Part shown: piece after piece, positions 8,782-18,653 of the stretch | How the letters are laid out: each line of letters opens with the position of its first letter | Position numbering within the stretch: the stretch's first letter is position 1 | IMG/VR virus record: IMGVR_UViG_3300020469_000038 | Location: 6,169 to 70,168 of that record | Reading direction: 5' to 3' (one strand) | Length of the DNA: 64,000 nucleotides | Origin: a virus | The notes under the pieces: model-generated | What the model was told of the DNA's origin: nothing | The model's database searches: none | What the model saw: the letters and a program-made list of their open reading frames with translations, nothing else | Position numbers and translations under genes: made by a program

Positions 8782-9945
8782 ATGTTAAATATAAATCCGT
8801 TAGCAAAATTAACCACACAAGTCAACAGTTCTGTCGCGGCCGATATAGCCGCTGCAACAGCAAAAGCAAATGCTGCAATTAACGTTGCAGGCAACTTACA
8901 AGATAAAATTGCACTCGATGGAAAGATCGACCAATTATCAGGTGGTTTAACAAGTGGTTTGAACCAAGCAGCAGCAGGTATGAACATTGCTGGTATGCTA
9001 TCTGGTGCAAACTCTGCATTAGAAACAGGGGCAGGTAAAGTAATCCAATCGCCAGTAGGTTCAGGTTCAATTGATTCTGCTGCAGAATCTCTAGGTACTC
9101 TAGGAAGTGTGTTTGGCGGCGTAGCAAGCCAACTTGAAAAAACAGCCGGAGATATTTCCGGTGCTCTTACAAAATTAACCGGCGGAGATTTAGCAGGTGG
9201 CTTCACAGACATTGCAGCGTCTATTGGACAAACTGCTGGCAATCTCAATGATATTTTAAGTTTAAAACGTGGTGCCAACTTACCTCCGGGCGGTGAATTG
9301 TTTACTACAACAGGGGAAAAGATAAAACTTAACCCTAGTGCCGACAATGACTGGCGTATCAAAATTAGTTGCAATTGGAGTAACTTTAACAGTGACTTGT
9401 TTTCAGTATTGCAGAAAACCGGCGGTGTTACTTGGCCAGTGTTACCTACAATGGAAATTAGAACAACTGCAAACTATTCAGAATTAGCACCAGTACATAA
9501 TAATTATCCGTATCTTGCTTACAAGAACTCACAAGTGGACGCAATCAATATTAGCGGAGACTTTATTTGTGAAACTGAATCAGATGCGGCATATTGGATT
9601 GCAGCAACAACATTCTTTAGAACTGTAACTAAAATGTTTTATGGTCAAGGAGCAAACGTTGGTAATCCTCCACCGGTTTGTATGTTAAACGGATACGGAA
9701 GTATGTTGTTTGAAAACACACCGATTGTAGTTAAAAGTTTTAGTGTTCAAATGCCTAACGATGTCAACTATATTAAAGTAAGTCCAAATCTTACAGGTAG
9801 TAATAAACCAACTTGGGTACCTATTAAAAGTAATATTAGTTGTGAAGTACAGCCTATCTACAACAGATCAAGTATGAGAAAATTCAGTCTTACAGATTAT
9901 GCCAATGGGCAGATGTCTAACAAAGGCGGAGTGGGGTACTTCTAA
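8782..9945 (+). CDS. Baseplate/tail-tube-associated protein (tube initiator/cap-like)
   Basis: Gly/Ala-rich N-terminus; C-terminal tube-like domain (YKNSQVDAINISGDF, NPPPVCMLNGYG); sits directly before the gp53-like gene. Confidence 0.6.
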   Translation: MLNINPLAKLTTQVNSSVAADIAAATAKANAAINVAGNLQDKIALDGKIDQLSGGLTSGLNQAAAGMNIAGMLSGANSALETGAGKVIQSPVGSGSIDSAAESLGTLGSVFGGVASQLEKTAGDISGALTKLTGGDLAGGFTDIAASIGQTAGNLNDILSLKRGANLPPGGELFTTTGEKIKLNPSADNDWRIKISCNWSNFNSDLFSVLQKTGGVTWPVLPTMEIRTTANYSELAPVHNNYPYLAYKNSQVDAINISGDFICETESDAAYWIAATTFFRTVTKMFYGQGANVGNPPPVCMLNGYGSMLFENTPIVVKSFSVQMPNDVNYIKVSPNLTGSNKPTWVPIKSNISCEVQPIYNRSSMRKFSLTDYANGQMSNKGGVGYF

Positions 9946-10244
9946 TGGCAAAATACGATCCATCATCACATTATAGTAGCACTCCTGTAACAAATTTTTA
10001 TCTTGACTTATTAAAAGTCAGACCTGTACCAAAAGAGGCTGATGATTTTGTATATACTATTGAGAGCCAATATAATCATCGACCTGATTTATTAGCATAT
10101 GATCTTTACGGTAATGAAAAACTTTGGTGGGTGTTTGTACAAAGAAATATGGATGTTCTAAAAGATCCAATATACGATTTTGAAACAGGAGTTACAATAC
10201 AAATTCCTAAGGATTCAAATCTTAAAAAATACTTAGGAGTCTAA
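9945..10244 (+). CDS. gp53: Baseplate wedge protein with LysM-like fold
   Basis: RPDLLAYDLYGNEKLWWVF motif; 99 aa. Confidence 0.8.
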   Translation: MAKYDPSSHYSSTPVTNFYLDLLKVRPVPKEADDFVYTIESQYNHRPDLLAYDLYGNEKLWWVFVQRNMDVLKDPIYDFETGVTIQIPKDSNLKKYLGV

Positions 10245-10245
10245 C

Positions 10246-13014
10246 GTGGCTGCCGAATTCACTGAACGCAGAATACAAAGCAACGGTAATACTGTCAATT
10301 TTAATATTGACCGAAGCCAGCCATATGTTGATGTTCAGAAGAACGGTCAAACCCAAAGAATTTACGGATCACAACAACAATTAGATGAGTATCAAAGTAA
10401 AAAACCAGACGGTACATCAAATTTAAACGGTCCTGCTAAAACTAAAATTAGTCAAGGAACAGCATTAAGAAAAGATGGCCTAATTAAAGTTAGCGAACTG
10501 GACAGACCTTCAAATTTTGTTGACAATATGATGTCAGATTCAGATTTCCAGAAAAGTATTGATGCGTTAATAGAAGGATTTGATAATTCTAGAAGAAAAG
10601 CTCAACTAGGTAACAGTCCTAGTAAATTTCCTAATCCTCTTGAACAATTTGCATCAATGGTACCTTTGTGGACATTGGCAGTGCTTACTCCTAAACAGTT
10701 TAACAAGCCGTCAGAATACAGAACAGATGATTTAAGTTTTTCAAGCCAAACGGATATAAGATCAACTGGCAGCGGTGGCCCAGGCCAGCCAGAAGGTACT
10801 GTAACTTTATCAAGTTCTATCATACTTTCAAGTGGTGGCAGAAGCGACAAAACTCGTACAAAGATATTTGGTACAGCAGCACCTGAATATTTTATTGATA
10901 ATTTTAAAATGAATGCAGTGGTTGCACCAAGTCCAAAAACAGGAAATACTAATGCAGTTGCTTTTGAATTTGATATCCTAGAGCCTTACAGTATGGGATT
11001 GCTTTTACAAAGTATGCAAGCCGCATCATTAAAAGCAGGCTATCCAGATTATTTGCTGGCTCCGTTTTTACTTAGATTAGATTTTAAAGGATACGATGAA
11101 AGAGGTCGTATTATTAAAAGTTTGAAACCTAAAAACTTTGTATTAAAGTTTAAAAAAGTTACTTTTAGTGTTTCAGAAGGCGGCAGCAAATATTCAGTTA
11201 CAGCATACCCTTATAATCATCAAGGCTTTGCTGATACTGTAGATATGCTATGGCAAGATATTAGTATTGCTCCAGAACCTGATAAAGATGCAACAGTTTA
11301 TAGTTTACTTGGAGATCCTGATAATCCTAAAAGTCTAGTTCGCACACTAAACGATAATGAACAATCATTAGTTGAGCAAGGAAAATATAAAATTAAAGAA
11401 CAATACGAAATACAGTTTCCTGAAAGAACTTATGATTTTATAGCGGTAGACAACTCAACATCATCGGATGAGCAAGGAACATCTTATAATCCTTACAATT
11501 ACGAATCAGGCCGTACAGTAGGAGGCGGCCCATCAGCAGGTACTACTACTGAAGCAGGAAAAAATCTAATAGGTGACAGTGGGTTTGATTATACTGCTCA
11601 AAAAGGCGGTAACTTTGCATTTAGAAAAGAAGACGATGTTATAAACGAAGAGACTGGTAGAATTGAAAGAGGTAAGTTAACAATCAATCCTACAGAGCGT
11701 GTGTTTAACTTTTCTCAAAAAATGAAACTTACTGATATCATTACACAAACTATTTTAAGTAGCCGACACAGTTCTAAAGCAGTAAATGGGGAATTACCAC
11801 TTACCGCAGAAGGTTATGTTAATTGGTTTAGAATTGATGTACAAGTAGAATTTATAGGGTACGATGATAGTGTAGGCGACTACGCTAAAAAATACACATA
11901 CAGAGTTGTGCCGTACTTGGCCCACGCTAGTGTGTTCGGTAACGCTACTGCTAAACCACCCGGTCAAAAAGAACTTAAAAAACAAATTGTTAAAGAATAC
12001 AATTACATTTATTCAGGACAAAATGCTGATGTAATTGACTTTGATATTAAAATTAACAACTTGTTTTATACAGGTATTAATCCAACAGTTGAAGGTAACA
12101 CACAAAGTGATGCCAACAAAGATAGCGCCGGTACAATTTATGATGGTACAAAAGATGTAACAGCAACTGAAGGTACAGATAAAAAAGCACAGGTTGCTAA
12201 TTTAGGAAAATCAAGACTCAAAAAAGATCCTGATGCATTTAGTGTTTTAAAAGGTGGTCCAGGAACACAATCTGTTGAACAACGAGTTGCAGAAAACTTT
12301 CATAATGCTCTTGTTAAAAATGCAAGTGCTGATTTAATCAAAGTAGAATTACAAATATTAGGTGATACATTTTGGCTTGTAGAAAGCGGACTAAGCAATT
12401 ATTTTGTACAGGCAGAAAAAGGGTCGCAGTATATGGCAGACGGAACCTGTAATTATGAAGGTAATGATGTTTTTATAAGAATTAATTTTAGAACTCCTGT
12501 TGATGTAAACGGATCAGGAGTATCTGGTCAAGATGAACCTAACGGACTTTACTCATTTAGTAAAGCAACTACCCTAAGTCCATTTAGTGGTATATACAGA
12601 GTGTTTAAACTTGAAAGCGAATTTGCGAGCGGCCTGTTTACACAAACACTACATTGTGTTAGAATGCAAGGCCAAGAAGAAGACTTTGATGGCGAAGCAG
12701 TAAAAGAAGAAGCAGGCAGCAATGCACTTGCAACTAAAATTGGCACAGAGAAACCACCAAAAACTAATGTATCTCAAAAACTTCCACTTGCTGATAAACT
12801 AGCAAATGTATTTGGATTTAACAGTATAGAAGAATTGCAGAAAAAATTTCCTGCAGGTCCTAAAGATAAACCTAAACAACCGGAAGGTCCTACTCTTACA
12901 GAAAGACGAAGACAGAGTAACGGTACATTGGTTAACTTTAACATTGATAGAACAAAACCATTTGTTGATGAAACAGACAAAGATGGAAATATATTAAGGG
13001 TATACGAAAGTTAG
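10246..13014 (+). CDS. Baseplate hub-like structural protein
   Basis: 922 aa between gp53-like and gp5-like genes; C-terminal ILGD...FSGIYRV...F.SGLFTQTL motif typical of hub/gpD proteins. Confidence 0.6.
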   Translation: MAAEFTERRIQSNGNTVNFNIDRSQPYVDVQKNGQTQRIYGSQQQLDEYQSKKPDGTSNLNGPAKTKISQGTALRKDGLIKVSELDRPSNFVDNMMSDSDFQKSIDALIEGFDNSRRKAQLGNSPSKFPNPLEQFASMVPLWTLAVLTPKQFNKPSEYRTDDLSFSSQTDIRSTGSGGPGQPEGTVTLSSSIILSSGGRSDKTRTKIFGTAAPEYFIDNFKMNAVVAPSPKTGNTNAVAFEFDILEPYSMGLLLQSMQAASLKAGYPDYLLAPFLLRLDFKGYDERGRIIKSLKPKNFVLKFKKVTFSVSEGGSKYSVTAYPYNHQGFADTVDMLWQDISIAPEPDKDATVYSLLGDPDNPKSLVRTLNDNEQSLVEQGKYKIKEQYEIQFPERTYDFIAVDNSTSSDEQGTSYNPYNYESGRTVGGGPSAGTTTEAGKNLIGDSGFDYTAQKGGNFAFRKEDDVINEETGRIERGKLTINPTERVFNFSQKMKLTDIITQTILSSRHSSKAVNGELPLTAEGYVNWFRIDVQVEFIGYDDSVGDYAKKYTYRVVPYLAHASVFGNATAKPPGQKELKKQIVKEYNYIYSGQNADVIDFDIKINNLFYTGINPTVEGNTQSDANKDSAGTIYDGTKDVTATEGTDKKAQVANLGKSRLKKDPDAFSVLKGGPGTQSVEQRVAENFHNALVKNASADLIKVELQILGDTFWLVESGLSNYFVQAEKGSQYMADGTCNYEGNDVFIRINFRTPVDVNGSGVSGQDEPNGLYSFSKATTLSPFSGIYRVFKLESEFASGLFTQTLHCVRMQGQEEDFDGEAVKEEAGSNALATKIGTEKPPKTNVSQKLPLADKLANVFGFNSIEELQKKFPAGPKDKPKQPEGPTLTERRRQSNGTLVNFNIDRTKPFVDETDKDGNILRVYES

Positions 13015-14769
13015 ATGGCATACGATAAACGAACTAGATATGATCAAACACGTAACATTGGATTAGGTTCTGGTGTTTATGTTGCTAAAGTTGTTAGCAC
13101 AATGGATCCTACATTTAACGGTAGATTAAAAGTAACTTTGTTGAAAGCACACGGTAACGAACTAGGTTCAGAAAACCAAACATATCTTGTAAATTATGCT
13201 TCGCCGTTTTTTGGAATGACTCCGTTTGAAGGAATGGGTTACAATGAAAATGATTTTAATGACACCCAAAAGTCATACGGTATGTGGGCTATTCCACCTG
13301 ACGTAGGCGTAACTGTACTTGTACTATTTGCAGACGGAGATCCTGGAAGAGGATATTGGTTTGCTTGTGTGCCTCCTGCATTTTCTAATAATATGGTGCC
13401 TGCAATTGGAGCAACAACAGAACTTGATATATCAGAAGAAGATAAAAAACGATACAATACAAGTCAACCCTTACCTGTAGGGGAAATTAATAAACTTCTG
13501 AATGCAGAAAAAGACAAAGAGATTGATGCTGAAAAAATTAAAAAACCTGTTCATCCAATCGCAGATAGATTTTTAAGACAAGGTACAATTGAAGATGACG
13601 TAAGAGGACCAAGTGTAAGTAGTGCTAGACGTCAAGTACCAAACACAGTATTTGGTATTTCAACTCCTGGTCCGTTAGATTATGGTACTAATGCAAAGCG
13701 TATGGCTATCGGCCCTGCAGAATCACAATCAAGAACTGCTGTACCTATCAGTAGACTTGGTGGTACACAGTTTGTTATGGATGACGGCGATGATAGATTC
13801 CAGCGTAAGACATCACCAGGCGTAGGACCTGTAGAATATGCAGATGTAAATGCAGGCGAAAAAGGCATACCTGATCTTCCATACAACGAATACACAAGGC
13901 TTAGAACACGTACAGGACATCAATTATTACTACATAATTCTGAGGACCTAATTTATCTTACAAATTCAGGCGGAACTGCTTGGATTGAAATGACCAGCAA
14001 TGGTAAGATTGATATTTACGGTGCTGACAGTATTAGTGTTCACAGCGAAAATGATTTAAACATAAGAGCAGATAGAGATGTAAACATCGAAGCAGGTAGA
14101 AATATTAATATGAAAGCCACTGCTGAATATGTTTCACCTGATGACCTACACCGCAGAGCAGAAGGCGACACAAAAACTATTTCTAAAATTGTTGATGGTG
14201 ACGAAATTGAAAGCGGTAGAATACAAATTGAAAGTGCATTTAACACAAATATTTTAATAGGTGCTAACGGAAAAATTGAAACACGTCAATACACAAATCA
14301 AGATGATGTTTCTACAAACGGTGACTTAGATATTAAGGTTGCAGGAAATCATAGACATACTGTAGGCGGCACTACTGACATTAACACAATAGGTGATAGG
14401 TCAGATACACAAGCCAATTGGGATATTAACACAGGCGGATACAATTATCTAACATCAGGTGCAAATACCGAAGTTGCATCAGGCGCAGATATCTTAATGT
14501 CAGCAAGTCCTAACATACACTTTAACGGGCCAGCGGCAACTAGTGCAGCACTTGCAGATCCAGCTCAATCAATTACTGATTTAATTACACACGATAACAT
14601 ATTCACTAATACTGTGTCAAACTGGAACCCAACAAAATATCAGCAAGGTGCCTTTAATAGTATTATGAAACGTATACCAATGCACGAACCTTGGGCATTG
14701 CACGAAAATCAAACCCCTAACTTCTTACAACCTTCTAACACAGATAGAGAAAGACCGAGCGAGGAATAA
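13015..14769 (+). CDS. gp5: Baseplate central spike, gp5/VgrG-like OB-fold and beta-helix
   Basis: DPTFNGRLKV, PPDVGVTVLVLFADGDPGRGYW, RTRTGHQLLLH, then beta-helical repeats; no lysozyme domain recognised. Confidence 0.75.
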   Translation: MAYDKRTRYDQTRNIGLGSGVYVAKVVSTMDPTFNGRLKVTLLKAHGNELGSENQTYLVNYASPFFGMTPFEGMGYNENDFNDTQKSYGMWAIPPDVGVTVLVLFADGDPGRGYWFACVPPAFSNNMVPAIGATTELDISEEDKKRYNTSQPLPVGEINKLLNAEKDKEIDAEKIKKPVHPIADRFLRQGTIEDDVRGPSVSSARRQVPNTVFGISTPGPLDYGTNAKRMAIGPAESQSRTAVPISRLGGTQFVMDDGDDRFQRKTSPGVGPVEYADVNAGEKGIPDLPYNEYTRLRTRTGHQLLLHNSEDLIYLTNSGGTAWIEMTSNGKIDIYGADSISVHSENDLNIRADRDVNIEAGRNINMKATAEYVSPDDLHRRAEGDTKTISKIVDGDEIESGRIQIESAFNTNILIGANGKIETRQYTNQDDVSTNGDLDIKVAGNHRHTVGGTTDINTIGDRSDTQANWDINTGGYNYLTSGANTEVASGADILMSASPNIHFNGPAATSAALADPAQSITDLITHDNIFTNTVSNWNPTKYQQGAFNSIMKRIPMHEPWALHENQTPNFLQPSNTDRERPSEE

Positions 14770-14772
14770 ACA

Positions 14773-15210
14773 ATGGCAAACATATACAACAAAAAAACAG
14801 TAGCAGTAAACAAAGCGTCCGTCGGTGATCAAACTTCTTCAACTTTTACATACAAAGGTTTTAGCAGTCAGAAACCTAAGGAAGGCTTTAAACTGTACGA
14901 TATTGATCTAGTAAAACAAGATCTAATCAATCATTTTTATATTAAAAAAGGTGAAAAGTTACAAAATCCTGAGTTTGGAACAATTATTTGGGATATGATT
15001 TTTGAACCATTTACTGAAGAAACTAAAAAACTAATAGCAGATGATGTGGAAACAATTGTAAATTACGATCCTAGAGTTGTAGTTAATGAAGTGTCCATTG
15101 ATAGCACCGAAATGGGTATGAGAATCGAAGCAAGTGTAACATATCTTCCGTTCAACGTAAGCGATAGTATGAGTTTTAATTTTGATAGGACTACGTCAAC
15201 AATTAAGTAA
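14773..15210 (+). CDS. gp25: Baseplate wedge/sheath initiator
   Basis: KQDLINHFYIKKGEKLQNPEFGTIIWDMIFEP...YDPRV motif. Confidence 0.9.
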   Translation: MANIYNKKTVAVNKASVGDQTSSTFTYKGFSSQKPKEGFKLYDIDLVKQDLINHFYIKKGEKLQNPEFGTIIWDMIFEPFTEETKKLIADDVETIVNYDPRVVVNEVSIDSTEMGMRIEASVTYLPFNVSDSMSFNFDRTTSTIK

Positions 15211-15228
15211 GCAGTTAATGATTAACGC

Positions 15229-15234
15229 TAAATA
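15229..15234 (+). promoter_or_regulatory. Late promoter core TAAATA
   Basis: Intergenic, 20 nt before gp6 ATG; AGGA RBS follows. Confidence 0.6.
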
Positions 15235-15254
15235 TTAGTAAGGAATAGGATGCA

Positions 15255-18200
15255 ATGAGTACTACAGCAAGACAAAATAATTTAATACTTAACGAGGACT
15301 GGACTCGTATATATCAGACGTTTCGTAACGCTGATTTCAAGTCTTATGACTTTGAAAACTTGCGTAGAGTTATTATTACATACCTACGTGAAAATTACCC
15401 AGAAGATTTTAATGATTACATTGAAAGTTCAGAATATCTTGCACTAATTGATGCAGTTGCATTCCTTGGACAGAGTCTTTCATTTAGACTTGACTTAGCA
15501 AGTAGAGAAAACTTTATTGAATTAGCAGAGCGTAAAGACAGTGTTTTACGTATTGCTAAAATGCTTTCGTACAACGCAAAGCGTAATATTCCAGCATCAG
15601 GATTAATGAAGTTTGTAAATGTTAGTACTACTGAAGATTTAACGGATAGTAACGGACGTAACCTTGCACAGCAATCAGTACGTTGGAATGATCCAACTAA
15701 TACAAACTGGGCAGAGCAATTTATCCTTATTCTAAATGCTGCAATGAGCGACAACACAGAATTTGGTCGAAGCCAAGGAACTGCAAACATTCAAAACATT
15801 CCTACAGAGCAGTATAGATTTAGATCTTTTTCAGCAGATGTTCCAATTTACTCTTTTAGCAAATCTGTTGCAGGAAGGAATATGGCATTTGAACTGGTTA
15901 GTACAACATTTAAAGATGCAGAAGAAATTTACGAAGAATCACCAACACCAGGTAACCAACTAGGTTTTGTTTACCGCCAAGATGGTCAAGGACCAGGCAG
16001 TGCAAACACAGGATTCTACTTACAGTTTAAACAAGGTAGTTTAGAACTTGCAGACTTTAGTATTGATGTACCTACTACAAATGAAAAAGTAGCAGTTGAA
16101 AGTCAGAACATTAACAATGATGATGTTTGGTTATACTCATTAGATGTTGATGGCGGCCAAGGTGCTGAATGGTTACAGGTATCAGACCTTGTAGGAAATA
16201 ATATTGCTTATAATAGTATTGTAGGCGGCAGCAGAAATATCTATGCTGTAAACACAAAAGAAAATGATAAAGTTGATTTAGTATTTGCTGACGGAGTATA
16301 CGGAAATTTACCTCGAGGTAACTTTAGAACTTACTATAGAGTTAGTAATGGTTTAAGTTACAGCATTAGTCCTAATGAACTAAGAGGAATTAACATTACA
16401 GTTCCTTACTTAAACAAAGCAGGACAAAGACACAGCATTACAATAGGACTTGCATTACAACAGACTGTAAGTAGTGCTACACCGTCTGAAGATATTGACA
16501 GCATTAGACAAAATGCACCTGCACAATACTATACACAAAACAGAATGATTACAGGAGAAGATTATAATCTTGCTCCACTATCAACATCACAAAATATTTT
16601 AAAAGTAAAAAGTGTAAACAGAACATCAAGTGGTATTTCACGTAACATTGATATTATTGATGCAAGCGGAAAGTACGGATCGTTAAATGTATTTGGCGAC
16701 GATGGATATGTTTATAAACAAGAATCAGAAAACACATTAAGTTTTAAATTTACAAGTAGAACTGATATTATTAACTTTATTAAAAACCGTGTTGAAAAAA
16801 TCTTTTCTAACACAGATGTTTATAACTTTTATATTACAAGATTTGAAAAAATACTTTTTTCAGAAACTACAATTGAATGGAACAGTATAACAAACGATAC
16901 TAATATTGGTACAGGTTACTTTGTTAACAACATTGATTTAAGTTTACTTAAAGTAGGAACATATGCTACTAACAACTTGAAATTTGTATTAGCAGGTGCA
17001 AGTATCAAATTTACAGCACCAGACGGTAAAGCATTTAAGAAAGGTGTTGTTGTAGATATAAATGACAATGACAGCGAGCAAACATCATACCTTTGGACCA
17101 AAGTACAAAGTGTTGTAGGTGACGGAACAAATGCAGGACGTGGAGTGCTTTCCACAGGGTTAGGTCCTATAACATTTACAGATAATATTCCATCTGGCGC
17201 AATTGCAACTAGGATTGTTCCTAAGTTTGTTACAGATATTAGTGATGCTATTGAAACACAAATGACAAACATTGCATTTGCTAATCTTAATTTTGGATTG
17301 CGTTATGATATTAATGCAGCACAGTGGAAAATTATTCAAGCAGAAAACTTAGATTTAACCACTGCATTTAGTTTAGGTAAAGCAGGCGATGTTACAAGTG
17401 AAAATGTTGATGCATCTTGGATCATTGCATTTGTAAAAGATAACGATCAGTATAATGTTAGAGTAAGAAAACTTGATTATGTATTTGGTAGTATTGCACA
17501 GAATAGATTTTACTTTGATAAAAATGATAAAGCATATAACAATATTACAGGTAAACTTGAAAAAGATGCTATTAAAGTATTAGGTATTAATAAAACTAAT
17601 ACTGGAATAGGTTCATTAGTACAAGATTATACGTTTGAAGTATCAGATACTATACAGTTTGATGACGGATACGAATCAAGTCAAGAAATTAAACTAGCGT
17701 TTAGCGATAAAGATAGCGACGGTGTTGTTGACGATCCGCAATCATTTGAAAATATTGTTGGTACTGATTTAGATCTAAACTTCTTATTCTTTAAGCAAGA
17801 AACTGATTCATACGGAACTAATATTTTTAATCTTATTGATAACAGTAACGACACTATTTTAATAGCACAAAGAGAATCACAAGTCAATATAAATGATTAC
17901 GTAGACGGACAGTTAATTTATTTTTATGATGCTAACGAAGACAGAGTAAAAAGTGTTAACAAAACAACAAATACATTTACTCTTGAAACTTCTTACAAAG
18001 CAGAAATTGGTAGAAGAGACCTTAAGTTTCAATACACTCACGCTGCAAGCACAGACAGAAGAATTGATCCTAGCGTAACAAATATTGTTGATATCTTTAT
18101 CTTAACAAGAGCGTACGATACTTCATTTAGAAACTATCTTGCAGGTGTTGGTACAAAACCAGATGAACCAACAACAGAGGATTTAAGAATTGCATTCGGC

Positions 18201-18653
18201 GGCGGATTGAATCAAATCAAAGCAATTAGTGATGAAATAATTTATCATCCTGTAAAATACAAAGTGTTGTTTGGTACTATAGCAGAGCAAAAAGTACAAG
18301 CACAATTTAAAGTAGTTAAGAATCCTAACAAAACAATTAACGATAACAATTTAAAAGTAAGAATTGTAAATGCTATGAATACATTTTTTAGTATTAACAA
18401 CTGGGACTTCGGAGATAGATTTTATCTAAGTGAATTAACAGCATATGTTATTAATTCAGTTTCACCGGATGTTACAAACTTTGTAATTTTACCAAGAGAC
18501 CCAACACAAGTGTTTGGTAGTTTATTCGAGATTCAAAGTAAGCCTGATGAAATTTTTGTAAGCGGAGCATCTGTCGATGATATAGAAATTGTATCTTCTA
18601 TCACTGCTGCTGAAATTCGTGCAGGAAGCGGAACAGTAGTGGATGATGCATAA
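15255..18653 (+). CDS. gp6: Baseplate wedge subunit
   Basis: FNDYIESS, ENFIELAERKDSVLRIAKMLSY, FADGVYG, EDIDSIRQNAP...QNRMITGEDY. Confidence 0.85.
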   Translation: MSTTARQNNLILNEDWTRIYQTFRNADFKSYDFENLRRVIITYLRENYPEDFNDYIESSEYLALIDAVAFLGQSLSFRLDLASRENFIELAERKDSVLRIAKMLSYNAKRNIPASGLMKFVNVSTTEDLTDSNGRNLAQQSVRWNDPTNTNWAEQFILILNAAMSDNTEFGRSQGTANIQNIPTEQYRFRSFSADVPIYSFSKSVAGRNMAFELVSTTFKDAEEIYEESPTPGNQLGFVYRQDGQGPGSANTGFYLQFKQGSLELADFSIDVPTTNEKVAVESQNINNDDVWLYSLDVDGGQGAEWLQVSDLVGNNIAYNSIVGGSRNIYAVNTKENDKVDLVFADGVYGNLPRGNFRTYYRVSNGLSYSISPNELRGINITVPYLNKAGQRHSITIGLALQQTVSSATPSEDIDSIRQNAPAQYYTQNRMITGEDYNLAPLSTSQNILKVKSVNRTSSGISRNIDIIDASGKYGSLNVFGDDGYVYKQESENTLSFKFTSRTDIINFIKNRVEKIFSNTDVYNFYITRFEKILFSETTIEWNSITNDTNIGTGYFVNNIDLSLLKVGTYATNNLKFVLAGASIKFTAPDGKAFKKGVVVDINDNDSEQTSYLWTKVQSVVGDGTNAGRGVLSTGLGPITFTDNIPSGAIATRIVPKFVTDISDAIETQMTNIAFANLNFGLRYDINAAQWKIIQAENLDLTTAFSLGKAGDVTSENVDASWIIAFVKDNDQYNVRVRKLDYVFGSIAQNRFYFDKNDKAYNNITGKLEKDAIKVLGINKTNTGIGSLVQDYTFEVSDTIQFDDGYESSQEIKLAFSDKDSDGVVDDPQSFENIVGTDLDLNFLFFKQETDSYGTNIFNLIDNSNDTILIAQRESQVNINDYVDGQLIYFYDANEDRVKSVNKTTNTFTLETSYKAEIGRRDLKFQYTHAASTDRRIDPSVTNIVDIFILTRAYDTSFRNYLAGVGTKPDEPTTEDLRIAFGGGLNQIKAISDEIIYHPVKYKVLFGTIAEQKVQAQFKVVKNPNKTINDNNLKVRIVNAMNTFFSINNWDFGDRFYLSELTAYVINSVSPDVTNFVILPRDPTQVFGSLFEIQSKPDEIFVSGASVDDIEIVSSITAAEIRAGSGTVVDDA

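Noticed and set aside
8721-9374. 217-aa minus-strand ORF and many similar short antisense ORFs across the structural module
   Set aside because: They are fully antisense to well-supported genes and typical of codon-bias shadows.
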